A DNA stretch of 59,916 nucleotides from Acidimicrobiia bacterium. GTDB lineage: Bacteria; Actinomycetota; Acidimicrobiia; IMCC26256; DASPTH01. Below are positions 51,881-59,755 of this stretch, in pieces. The notes below the pieces were generated by a model, which was not told where the DNA came from, did not search any database, and worked only from the letters and a program-made list of their open reading frames with translations. The position numbers and the translations under genes are program-made. Location of the stretch: positions 1-59,916 of the forward strand of contig DATBBL010000273.1 in NCBI GenBank assembly GCA_036271015.1, in the 5' to 3' direction. Position 1 is the stretch's first letter. Each line of letters begins with the position of its first letter.

Positions 51881-52621
51881 TCACCGCCGAGGAGGTGGCG
51901 GGTCGGCCAGCACCTCGCGCTGGAGCTCGAAGATCTGGGCGATGCCGCCCTCGGCCAACCCCAGCAGGTCGTCGAGCTCATGACGCGAGAACGCCGCGCC
52001 CTCGGCGGTGCCCTGCACCTCGACGAAGCGGCCCTCCCCCGTCATCACCACGTTCATGTCGACCTCCGCCCGCACGTCCTCCGAGTAGTCGAGGTCGAGG
52101 TACGGCAGGGCGTCGACGATCCCGACCGAGATCGCCGCGCACTGGTCGGTGAGCGGATGGGCGCCCAGCTTCTTGTCGGCGACGAGCCGCGAGAACGCGT
52201 CGTACAGTGCCACGTAGCCGCCGCAGATCGAGGCGGTGCGGGTCCCGCCGTCAGCCTGGAGCACGTCGCAGTCGACCGTGACCTGCACCTCGCCGGTCGC
52301 GGTGAGGTCGGTGACCGCGCGCAACGAGCGTCCGATGAGGCGCTGGATCTCCTGCGTGCGGCCCGACTGCTTGCCCCGGGCGGCCTCGCGGTCGTTGCGC
52401 TCGGACGTGGCCCCCGGGAGCATCGAGTACTCGGCGGTCACCCAGCCCCGACCCTTGCCCCGCAACCACGGCGGGATGCGCTCCTCGACCGACGCGGTGC
52501 ACAGCACGCGCGTCATCCCGAACTCGACCAGGACGGAGCCGGCCGCGAACTGGGTGAAGTCGCGCGTGAAGGCCAGGGCGCGCAGGTCGTCGGGCTCGCG
52601 CCCGTCACGTCGGATGCCCAC
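51881..52621 (-). CDS. rph: Ribonuclease PH
   Basis: GTG 52621 (GGGAG 5 nt upstream) inside ORF 51881..53494. 246 aa with [60 protein letters not shown]. Confidence 0.9.
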   Translation of the reverse strand: MGIRRDGREPDDLRALAFTRDFTQFAAGSVLVEFGMTRVLCTASVEERIPPWLRGKGRGWVTAEYSMLPGATSERNDREAARGKQSGRTQEIQRLIGRSLRAVTDLTATGEVQVTVDCDVLQADGGTRTASICGGYVALYDAFSRLVADKKLGAHPLTDQCAAISVGIVDALPYLDLDYSEDVRAEVDMNVVMTGEGRFVEVQGTAEGAAFSRHELDDLLGLAEGGIAQIFELQREVLADPPPPRR

Positions 52622-52650
52622 GAGTTCTCCCGGGGTGGTGGCGATGGGAG

Positions 52651-53391
52651 TCAGATGGTAGTGACGAGCCCCTGTGAAGCCAGGGTGACGCCGCTCCCGA
52701 ACGCGTCCGCGCCCTCCGCCGCCGCTTCGAGCCGGTCGATCATCGGCCAGAGGTGGGTGAGGATCAGGCGCTCCGCGCCCGCTTCGCGCGCCGCGGTGCC
52801 CGCCTGCTTGGCCGAGAGGTGGATCGGCGCGGGGATGTGGGCGTCGAGGTACGTCGCCTCCGACAGGACGACGTCGGCGCCGGGATCGAATGCGCCCACT
52901 GTCCAGTCGGGGCCGGTGTCGGCGGTGTAGATCAGGCGGCGACCGTCGTGGGTGGCCTCGACCGCGTACGTGGGCGGCGGGTGGTCGGTGCGCGAGAACT
53001 TGAGGTCGATGTCGCCGACCGCGGCGGTGTCGCCGTCGCCGACCACGCACCAGTCGAAGGTGTTGCCCCAGTCGGACACCAGCGACAGCAGGAATTTCTC
53101 CAGGCCCTCGGGCGCGTACACCGGGACGTGCTCCCGGCCCAGGCCATAGCGCAGCATGACGTGGAGGCCGTAGATGTCGACGCAGTGGTCGGGGTGGCCG
53201 TGGGTGAGCACCACCGCCGACAGGTCCTCGACCGCCACGTGCTCCTGCAGGTAGCCGAAGCTGCCGTTGCCGCAGTCGACCCAGACCGACGACTCCGCGC
53301 TGCGCACCAGGTAGCCGCTGCAGGCGGCGCCGCCGGCGCCGCCGTACGACCCCGAACACCCCAAGACGGTTAGTTCCACGTTCAGCCCCAA
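52651..53391 (-). CDS. MBL-fold metallo-hydrolase (positional equivalent of M. tuberculosis Rv1339)
   Basis: 246 aa from TTG 53391 (an alternative GTG at 53379 gives MELTVLGC...). Motifs [17 protein letters not shown]. Sits between murI and rph, as in mycobacteria. Confidence 0.85.
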   Translation of the reverse strand: MGLNVELTVLGCSGSYGGAGGAACSGYLVRSAESSVWVDCGNGSFGYLQEHVAVEDLSAVVLTHGHPDHCVDIYGLHVMLRYGLGREHVPVYAPEGLEKFLLSLVSDWGNTFDWCVVGDGDTAAVGDIDLKFSRTDHPPPTYAVEATHDGRRLIYTADTGPDWTVGAFDPGADVVLSEATYLDAHIPAPIHLSAKQAGTAAREAGAERLILTHLWPMIDRLEAAAEGADAFGSGVTLASQGLVTTI

Positions 53392-54185
53392 TGCCAGGGC
53401 TCGACGGCAGCGACCTCGGGACCGAGGAACCGCACTCCGAGCGTGCGGAAGGTATCGACTGGTCCCGAGGTGAAGAAAACGTGCCGCGGGTCACGCGCCG
53501 GCTCCGCCGCCAGCATGTTCTCGCTGGTCAGGAGGTCGCGGACCGCGAACGCGGTCTCGTCCGCGCTCGACACCAGGACGACGTCCCTCCCCATCACGTC
53601 GCCGATGGTACGGGCCAACAGCGGATAGTGCGTGCACCCGAGCACGAGCGTGTCGACCTCCGCCTCGCACACCGGCGCGAGCAGCCGCTCGGCCAACACG
53701 TGCACCTGGTCCGAGTCGACGTCGCCTGCCTCGACGAATTCCACGAACCCGGGGCAGGCGGCGCACGTGAGCTCGATGGTCGTCTCCTGCTCGTCGGCGA
53801 TCCGCTGGTACGCGCCCGACGCGATGGTGCCGACGGTGCCGATCACCCCCACCCGGCCGCTCCGGGTGGCGCGCGCCGCGGCCCGCAGGCCGGGCTCGAT
53901 CACGCCGATCACCGGGATCGTCAGCTGCTCGCGCAGCGGATCGAGCGCGGCCGCGGACGCGCTGTTGCACGCCACGACCAGCGCCTTGACGTCGTGGCCG
54001 AGCAACACGTCGGTGATCTCGAGCGCGTGGGCCAGCACCTCCTCCCGTGGTTTCGGGCCGTACGGGAACCGGCCGGTGTCGCCGAAATAGACGATGCGCT
54101 CGTCGGGGAGGAGGTCGATGAGCGCGCGCAGCACCGTGAGTCCCCCGAGGCCGGAGTCGAAGACGCCGATCGGCGGCGCGGTCAC
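53382..54185 (-). CDS. murI: Glutamate racemase
   Basis: GTG 54185 overlaps the upstream stop (GTGA). 267 aa with [30 protein letters not shown]. Confidence 0.92.
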   Translation of the reverse strand: MTAPPIGVFDSGLGGLTVLRALIDLLPDERIVYFGDTGRFPYGPKPREEVLAHALEITDVLLGHDVKALVVACNSASAAALDPLREQLTIPVIGVIEPGLRAAARATRSGRVGVIGTVGTIASGAYQRIADEQETTIELTCAACPGFVEFVEAGDVDSDQVHVLAERLLAPVCEAEVDTLVLGCTHYPLLARTIGDVMGRDVVLVSSADETAFAVRDLLTSENMLAAEPARDPRHVFFTSGPVDTFRTLGVRFLGPEVAAVEPWHWG

Positions 54186-55135
54186 GCCGCCCCTCCGGCC
54201 GCGCGCCGCAGGCGGTCGGCCACCGCGGCCGCCAGCCCGGAACCGGTGGGCACGATCGCGAGCACGAGGTCGAGCTCGCAGGCGTCGGCCGCGCGCAACA
54301 TCGCGTACAGGTCGTGCGCATAGCGCTCGCCATCGGCGGGTTCGCCGAGCCCCACGACGCGCGCGTCCGCCGGCGGTACACCGATCACGCCGACGCGTTC
54401 GCCGCGCGCGAGCGCGGCCGTCGCGCGTTGATCGATCTCGGCCCGGTCGGTGAGCTCGACGCGCGCCCGCGGCGCATAGTGCGAGGCGAGCGTGCCGGGC
54501 GCGGCGACCTCGCCGCTGGTGCGCAGCGGGACCGTGGTGCCGAGCAGCGCTTCGACGCGCCGACGGGGAACACCCCCCTCGCGCAGGATCGCGGGACCCG
54601 GCCCGGTGCAGTCGACGATGGTCGACTCGATCCCGACCCGGCACGGGCCACCGTCGAGCACGAGGTCGACGTCGCCGCCGAGGTCGGCGCGCACGTCCGC
54701 GGCCGTAGTCGGGCTCACCCGGCCGAAGCGGTTGGCGGACGGCGCGGCGACGCCGCCGCCGAAGGCGCGCAGCAGCTCGAGCGCGAGCGGCTGGTCGGGC
54801 ACGCGCAGGCCGACGGTGTCACGCCCACCGGTGACCGCGTCCGGCACCCGTGCCGCCCGCCGCACCACCACCGTCAAGGGACCCGGCCAGCATGCACGCG
54901 CCAGCACCGCCGCCGCGTCCGGCACCTCGGCCGCCCACTCGGAGAGGAGCGCAGGGTCACCGAGGTGCACGATGACCGGGTGCTCCGCCGGACGGCGTTT
55001 CACCGCGAACAATCGGCGCACGGCCGCCGCCGACGACGCGTCCGCCCCGAGGCCGTAGACGGTCTCGGTGGGGAAGGCCACCAGTCCACCGCCGCGCAGC
55101 ACGTCGACCGCGCGACCGACGTCGGCCAGGCTCAC
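54182..55135 (-). CDS. tsaC: L-threonylcarbamoyladenylate synthase (Sua5/TsaC type with C-terminal Sua5 domain)
   Basis: GTG 55135 overlaps the cysM stop (GTGA). 317 aa with GGLVAFPTETVYGLGADA, PLTVVV, VGLRVP, APSANRFG. Confidence 0.88.
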   Translation of the reverse strand: MSLADVGRAVDVLRGGGLVAFPTETVYGLGADASSAAAVRRLFAVKRRPAEHPVIVHLGDPALLSEWAAEVPDAAAVLARACWPGPLTVVVRRAARVPDAVTGGRDTVGLRVPDQPLALELLRAFGGGVAAPSANRFGRVSPTTAADVRADLGGDVDLVLDGGPCRVGIESTIVDCTGPGPAILREGGVPRRRVEALLGTTVPLRTSGEVAAPGTLASHYAPRARVELTDRAEIDQRATAALARGERVGVIGVPPADARVVGLGEPADGERYAHDLYAMLRAADACELDLVLAIVPTGSGLAAAVADRLRRAAGGAA

Positions 55136-56067
55136 CAGTAGTTGATGCGGGTCGCCCGTTCGACGACCTCGTCGAGGTCGTCGGTCCACGCCCCCGACGA
55201 GAGGTACTTCCATCCCGCGTCGGGCAGCAGGGTGACGATGGTGCCCGACTCCATCTGGGCGGCCATCTTCGCCGCGCCCGCCACCGCCGCGCCCGACGAC
55301 ACGCCGGCGAACACGCCGCAGTCGTCGAGCAGGCGCCGGAGCCATTCGATCGACTCGCGGGGGCGCACGATGAACTTCCGGTCGAGGATCGTGGGGTCGA
55401 AGATCGGGGGCACGAAGCCGTCGTCGAGCGAACGCAGACCCTGCACCAGCTCCCCCGCCGGGGGCTCGACCGCGACGACCTGCACCGCGGGGTTCTGCTC
55501 CTTCAGGTACCGGCCCACACCCATGAGCGTGCCGCTGGTGCCGAGCCCGGCGACGAACACGTCGACCTCCGGGCAGTCGCGCCAGATCTCGGGACCGGTC
55601 CCCTCGTAGTGGGCCAGCGGGTTGGCGGGGTTGCCGTACTGGAAGAGGCGCACCAGCGACGGGTCGTCGGCACCCAGCTTCTCGGAGAGGCGGATGGCCC
55701 CGTTGCTGCCCTCGACGGCCGGCGACAGCACGATCTCGGCGCCGAAGATCTCCAGCAGCTGGCGGCGCTCGACCGAGACGTTCTCCGGCATCACCACCCG
55801 CAGTCGGTAGCCCCGCAGGCGCGCCACCATCGCGAGGCCGATGCCGGTGTTGCCCGACGACGGCTCCAGGATGGTGTCACCGGGATGCAGGTCGCCGGAC
55901 TCCTCGGCCAGCTCGATCATCTTGAGCGCGATGCGGTCCTTCGACGACCCACCCGGGTTCTGACCCTCGAGCTTGGCGAAGATGCGCACGTCGGGGCGGG
56001 GCGACAGCGCGTGCACGCCCACCAGCGGGGTGTCGCCGATGACGCCGAGGATGTTCTCGTGCCGCAT
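55132..56067 (-). CDS. cysM: Cysteine synthase B, CysO-thiocarboxylate-dependent type
   Basis: 311 aa. Close by-eye match to M. tuberculosis CysM: SSKDR (PLP Lys), EPSSGNTGIGLA, VMPENVSVERRQLLEIFGAEI, FQYGNPANP, PDAGWKYLSSGAW. Confidence 0.92.
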   Translation of the reverse strand: MRHENILGVIGDTPLVGVHALSPRPDVRIFAKLEGQNPGGSSKDRIALKMIELAEESGDLHPGDTILEPSSGNTGIGLAMVARLRGYRLRVVMPENVSVERRQLLEIFGAEIVLSPAVEGSNGAIRLSEKLGADDPSLVRLFQYGNPANPLAHYEGTGPEIWRDCPEVDVFVAGLGTSGTLMGVGRYLKEQNPAVQVVAVEPPAGELVQGLRSLDDGFVPPIFDPTILDRKFIVRPRESIEWLRRLLDDCGVFAGVSSGAAVAGAAKMAAQMESGTIVTLLPDAGWKYLSSGAWTDDLDEVVERATRINYW

Positions 56068-56090
56068 GCCGGACCCGGCGCGAACCGGTC

Positions 56091-56366
56091 TCAGCCTCCT
56101 GCCACCGCGGGCAGGATCGAGAGCACGTCGCCGTCGGTGACCTTGGTGTCGAGCTGGTCGAGGTACCGGATGTCGTCGTCATTGCAGTACACGTTGACGA
56201 ACTTGTGCAGGCCGCCCTGGTCGTCGACCAACTGGCCCACCAGGCCGGGATACCGCGCCGTGAGCGCGCCGAACACCTCACCCACCGTCGCCCCGTCGGC
56301 CGCGACCGAGGAGGCGCCGTCGGCGTGGGGTCGCAGCAGGGTCGGCAGGCGGACTTCGACGGCCAT
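56091..56366 (-). CDS. cysO: Sulfur-carrier protein CysO (ThiS/MoaD ubiquitin-like fold)
   Basis: 91 aa ending LSILPAVAGG (C-terminal Gly-Gly). PTLLRPH and FVNVYCNDDDIR match mycobacterial CysO. Lies immediately upstream of cysM. Confidence 0.9.
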   Translation of the reverse strand: MAVEVRLPTLLRPHADGASSVAADGATVGEVFGALTARYPGLVGQLVDDQGGLHKFVNVYCNDDDIRYLDQLDTKVTDGDVLSILPAVAGG

Positions 56367-56383
56367 GCGCCCATGCTACAAGT

Positions 56384-56400
56384 CCGACCGTCCGGGTCGG
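56384..56400. terminator. Short hairpin between the 60-aa ORF and cysO
   Basis: CCGACC-gtccg-GGTCGG, 41 nt downstream of the 60-aa ORF stop (minus-strand sense). It is followed by a TAGCAT -10-like hexamer 7 nt before the cysO ATG. Confidence 0.3.
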
Positions 56401-56440
56401 GATTGCGCGGTGGCGGACCCGGCCGCGTGCGGACACCCGG

Positions 56441-56623
56441 CTACGACGGGCAGGGCTTCCAGTCCGTGGGCAACGCGTGCGGGGTGCTCACCCGGTGCAA
56501 CAGCTCGCCGACCCGGTCGGCGTCGGAGGTGCCGAGCACCAGGTAGCGCCGTAGGTGCTTCAGCATCTCCCACATCTCGGTGTGCTCGTCCAAGACGCGC
56601 TGCAAGTCCAGGTGCTCGACCAT
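56441..56623 (-). CDS. Small hypothetical protein (60 aa), predicted helical
   Basis: Almost every third codon position is G/C. GGAGAG lies 5 nt upstream of the ATG. Sequence: MVEHLDLQRVLDEHTEMWEMLKHLRRYLVLGTSDADRVGELLHRVSTPHALPTDWKPCPS. No family recognised. Confidence 0.55.
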   Translation of the reverse strand: MVEHLDLQRVLDEHTEMWEMLKHLRRYLVLGTSDADRVGELLHRVSTPHALPTDWKPCPS

Positions 56624-56636
56624 GAGGGCTCTCCAA

Positions 56637-56652
56637 GTTACTGATCGGTAAC
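56637..56652. promoter_or_regulatory. AT-rich near-perfect 16-bp palindrome upstream of the 60-aa ORF
   Basis: GTTACTGATCGGTAAC: 5-bp perfect arms around a GATC-containing core, 14/16 self-complementary. It lies 14 nt upstream of the ATG and overlaps a TAACTT -10-like hexamer on the minus strand. Confidence 0.3.
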
Positions 56653-56690
56653 CAAGAAAACGACGGTCGGCGACGTGGAGTTCCCCGCGG

Positions 56691-57041
56691 TCACGCCCCG
56701 ATCCGGCCGTCGTCGAGCGTGCGCAACGACCACCACTCGTCGCCCCGCCACACGACGCAGTCGACCAGCACGATCCCGGCCCGGCGAGCCCGCACCCGGA
56801 GCTCGGTGAACACGGTCACCTCGTGCCCCGACGGGCGGCCCGCACGCCCTCCCGGACGCACGACGATGGCGAGCCGCGAAGTGCCCAACTCGGCGGCCAG
56901 ATCGACCAGCTCCCAGACCTTCAGCCACGACAGCGAGCGGTGACGGGGGTTGCGTCCGACACCGCACACCTCGCCGGCCGCATCGATGCCGAGGACGAAC
57001 ATCCCCGCATCAGCAGGTACGAACACGGCACCTCCCCACAT
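56691..57041 (-). CDS. RadC-like JAB-fold protein with degenerate metal site (probable pseudoenzyme)
   Basis: 116 aa from ATG 57041; GTG 57026 has a better SD (GGGAGG). By eye it aligns with the E. coli RadC/YicR C-terminal domain. Where RadC has LILAHNHPSGCAEPSKAD this ORF has LAIVVRPGGRAGRPSGHE, and RVLDHIVIG corresponds to IVLVDCVVW. Both His ligands are lost, Ser is kept, and Asp is replaced by Glu. Confidence 0.55.
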   Translation of the reverse strand: MWGGAVFVPADAGMFVLGIDAAGEVCGVGRNPRHRSLSWLKVWELVDLAAELGTSRLAIVVRPGGRAGRPSGHEVTVFTELRVRARRAGIVLVDCVVWRGDEWWSLRTLDDGRIGA

Positions 57042-57093
57042 CGGAACGACGGGGGAAGCCGCAGCGAGAAGTACCTCGACCCTACGCCGGGGG

Positions 57094-57109
57094 TGTGACG
57101 GTCATCACC
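57094..57109. promoter_or_regulatory. CRP/FNR-type site (TGTGA-N6-TCAC)
   Basis: TGTGACGGTCATCACC matches TGTGA-N6-TCACA at 9/10 positions. It lies in the 71-bp gap between the mec stop and the JAB-like ORF, about 55-70 nt upstream of that ORF's start. Confidence 0.35.
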
Positions 57110-57112
57110 GGG

Positions 57113-57556
57113 TCATCCGACCTCGACGGGAACCTCGGTGATCGACTCGTCGCGGATCTGGAACGCGCGCAGGACCGGCTCCCCGTACTTCAGGCTCACG
57201 ATCACGTACCACCATGCGGGGTCCACCGCCTGGCGCACGTCGGTCGGCGACGGGTAGGCGTCGGTGTGCGTGTGCGAATGCCACACGCCGATGATCTCGT
57301 CGCCGCGGGACTCCGCGTCGCGCATCGCCCGCAGGTAGTCGCGGGAATCGACCGTGTACGTGCGCGCCGACTGGTCGGCGTTCCGGCACGGGTACGCGGC
57401 CGTGACCTCGCCGGTACCGGCGGCCGACGACCCGTCCATCGGGCCGGCGAGCAGACCGCACGCCTCGTCGGGGAAGTCGTCGAAGCAATGCGAGACGACG
57501 GTTTCGTACTGCGCGTGCGTGAGCCGCAGGACGGACGCGCCGTCGGCCAGAGCCAT
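57113..57556 (-). CDS. mec: JAMM/MPN+ zinc metalloprotease Mec (CysO C-terminal hydrolase)
   Basis: 147 aa. DEACGLLAG (Glu motif) and intact HSHTHTDAYPSPTD (H-x-H-x7-S-x2-D). Confidence 0.9.
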   Translation of the reverse strand: MALADGASVLRLTHAQYETVVSHCFDDFPDEACGLLAGPMDGSSAAGTGEVTAAYPCRNADQSARTYTVDSRDYLRAMRDAESRGDEIIGVWHSHTHTDAYPSPTDVRQAVDPAWWYVIVSLKYGEPVLRAFQIRDESITEVPVEVG

Positions 57557-57565
57557 CGGCGCAAT

Positions 57566-58405
57566 CTAACGGAACGCGGTCACGATCCACGCCCGGGAAT
57601 CCAGCTCCACGCCGTCGCGCGTCTCGTGCGCGGCTAGCGCGATGCGGAGCGCGTCGACCGCTCGGGCGGCGGTGTCGTCATCCAGGTCGGCGAGCAGCGT
57701 CCGCATCATGCCGATCTCCCGCGCCATGGCGACCGCAGCTTCGACGTCGCCGCCGAAGCGGTACGGGACGGCGAGGTCCTCGAGCGCCACCCCGCGGAAG
57801 CCGGCCGCCCCGAGCACCGCGTGCACCCGATCGGGGTCGGCGAGACCCATCGGGCCGGCGACGCCCGCGACCGGGGGCGCCAACGGCCGGCCCATCGCGA
57901 GCGCGTCCCACGGCACGCGCAGCCAGTCGTTGCGATCGAAGTCCTGCCACACCACCACTGCGAGCCGGCCACCGCCGGACATCCCCCGCCCGATGTTGGC
58001 GAAGGCAGTCGCCGGATCGGCGAAGAACATCACGCCGAAGCGGCTCACGACCACGTCGGCCTGCCCCGCCGGGAACGGGTATGCCTGGGCGTCGGCGCGC
58101 AGGAACTCGACGTTCGTCAGGCCGTCGGCCGCGGCACGCTCACGCGCCCGCTCCAGCATCGCGGTCGAGAGGTCGACGCCGAGGACGGCACCGTCGACGG
58201 CCACACGCGCGCAGGCGCGTGTGGTGTCACCCGTCCCGCAGCCGACGTCGAGCACGTGGTCGTTCGGGCCGACCGCGGCCACCTCGAGCAGGCGCTCCGA
58301 GTGGGCGCGCAGGGCGTCGTTCTGCGCCGCCTCGCGCGCCACCCACGCCTCCCCCGACGGCCCGTCCCACGCCGCGGCCTGGTCGACGTTCACGATCTCC
58401 GGCAT
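57566..58405 (-). CDS. Class I SAM-dependent methyltransferase
   Basis: ATG 58405 with GGGAGG upstream, inside ORF 57566..58840. 279 aa with VLDVGCGTGDTT (motif I) and DVVVSRFGVMFF. Lies 9 nt upstream of mec. Confidence 0.85.
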   Translation of the reverse strand: MPEIVNVDQAAAWDGPSGEAWVAREAAQNDALRAHSERLLEVAAVGPNDHVLDVGCGTGDTTRACARVAVDGAVLGVDLSTAMLERARERAAADGLTNVEFLRADAQAYPFPAGQADVVVSRFGVMFFADPATAFANIGRGMSGGGRLAVVVWQDFDRNDWLRVPWDALAMGRPLAPPVAGVAGPMGLADPDRVHAVLGAAGFRGVALEDLAVPYRFGGDVEAAVAMAREIGMMRTLLADLDDDTAARAVDALRIALAAHETRDGVELDSRAWIVTAFR

Positions 58406-58422
58406 CGGACCACCTCCCGGGC

Positions 58423-58436
58423 GCACGGTACCGTGC
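58423..58436. promoter_or_regulatory. Perfect 14-bp palindrome between the divergent methyltransferase and smpB starts
   Basis: GCACGGTACCGTGC in the 36-bp gap (58406-58441), ending 5 nt before the smpB GTG. Confidence 0.3.
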
Positions 58437-58441
58437 TGGCG

Positions 58442-58903
58442 GTGAGCAGGCGCGGCGACCAACTCGTCATCACCAACCGCAAGGCACGGTACGACTACCT
58501 CGTCCTCGACACGTGGGAGTGCGGGATCATGCTCGCGGGGCCCGAGGTCAAGTCGGTGCGCGACGGGCGGGCCAACCTGCAGGACTCCTACGCGCGCGTC
58601 GAGGACGGCGAAGTGTGGCTGTACGGCATGCACGTGTCGCCCTACTCCTACTCGCGCATGGAGCTCGACCCGGTCCGCAAGCGCAAGCTCCTCCTCCACC
58701 GCAAGGAGATCACCGCCCTCGAGCGGGGCACGGCCGAGAAGGGGCACACGCTCGTGCCACTGCGGGTGTACTTCAAGGAGGGCCGGGCGAAGGTGGAGCT
58801 GGCCCTCGCCCGCGGGAAGCGTGCCTACGACAAGCGCCACGCGATCGCCGAGCGCGACGCCCGGCGAGAGACCGAGCGCGCGCTCAAGGGCGTTCGCGAC
58901 TAG
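58442..58903 (+). CDS. smpB: SsrA-binding protein SmpB
   Basis: GTG 58442 (alternative GTG 58433) inside ORF 57821..58903. 153 aa with NRKARYDYLVLDTWECGIMLAGPEVKSVR, RKRKLLLHRKEI, KRAYDKRHAIAERD. Confidence 0.92.
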   Translation: MSRRGDQLVITNRKARYDYLVLDTWECGIMLAGPEVKSVRDGRANLQDSYARVEDGEVWLYGMHVSPYSYSRMELDPVRKRKLLLHRKEITALERGTAEKGHTLVPLRVYFKEGRAKVELALARGKRAYDKRHAIAERDARRETERALKGVRD

Positions 58904-58918
58904 CGATCGGGCGGTCGG

Positions 58919-59755
58919 CTACGGCCGCCGGTACGCGTAGATGGCGAGCGGCGCGAACACCGCGGTGATCGCCGCGCACCAGAGCAACGACGTCAGGACG
59001 TAGTGGCCGGTGGAGTGCTCGACCAACGCCGATCCCGCGCTGCCCTCCATCAGGCCGCGCATCGCGTTGCACACCTGGGTGAGCGGCTGGTTGCGGGCGA
59101 TCGGCTGCAGCCATCCGGGCAGCGTGTCGACGAGGATCACCGACGAGGACACGAAGACCAGGATGAAGAACGGCGTCGACGCGGCCTGCGCGGTCTCGGT
59201 GTCGCGCACGAACAACCCGATGGCGGCGAACACCCAGAACATCGCGAAGCCCCACACCAGCGCAAGCAGGTACGCGAGCATGATCCCGCCGAAGCTGCCG
59301 TGGAACGAGAAGCCCACGAGGAACGCGACTCCGGTGACGATCGCGAGCAGCGCCGCCTGCCGCAACAGGTCGGCGATGGCCCGGCCACCGACGACGGCCG
59401 ATCGGGCCATGGGCAATGCCCGGAACCGGTCGATCAGCCCCGACTTCGAGTCCTCGGCGAAGAAGATGCTCACGCCGAACCCGTCGAAGATCGCGATCTG
59501 CGCCAGGTAACCGGGAATCAGGTACTCGACATACGTGAGCCCCGGCACGTGGATCGACCCGCCGAACACGTACACGAACAGCAGGAGGAACATCACCGTC
59601 TGGGCGACGCTGAACACGAGCAACTGCGGCGTGCGCAACAGGTGCTTGACGTTCCGGCCCGCGATCACCAGGGCGTCGTTCAGCGCCGCGCCCCGCGGCA
59701 GGCGGTTGGAGACCGGCGCGTCGGTTGCCACCACGTCGGTCGTGATCGCGCTCAT
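58919..59755 (-). CDS. ABC-2 type transporter permease (DrrB-like)
   Basis: 278 aa with about six hydrophobic segments and the typical N-terminal NVKHLLRTPQLLVFSVAQTVMFLLLF. Its start overlaps the ATPase stop (ATGA). Confidence 0.85.
   Translation of the reverse strand: MSAITTDVVATDAPVSNRLPRGAALNDALVIAGRNVKHLLRTPQLLVFSVAQTVMFLLLFVYVFGGSIHVPGLTYVEYLIPGYLAQIAIFDGFGVSIFFAEDSKSGLIDRFRALPMARSAVVGGRAIADLLRQAALLAIVTGVAFLVGFSFHGSFGGIMLAYLLALVWGFAMFWVFAAIGLFVRDTETAQAASTPFFILVFVSSSVILVDTLPGWLQPIARNQPLTQVCNAMRGLMEGSAGSALVEHSTGHYVLTSLLWCAAITAVFAPLAIYAYRRP

Noticed and set aside
57100-57117. Direct repeat GGTCATC...GGTCATC (57100-57106 and 57111-57117), spaced 11 bp apart at the mec stop codon.
   Set aside because: It is short (7 bp), partly coding, and overlaps the better-defined CRP-like palindrome. 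It is probably incidental.
58904-58918. tmRNA (ssrA) gene expected next to smpB.
   Set aside because: Only 15 nt separate smpB from the convergent ABC permease gene, and the upstream side is occupied by the methyltransferase. No tRNA-like acceptor or tag-ORF sequence is present in the window.
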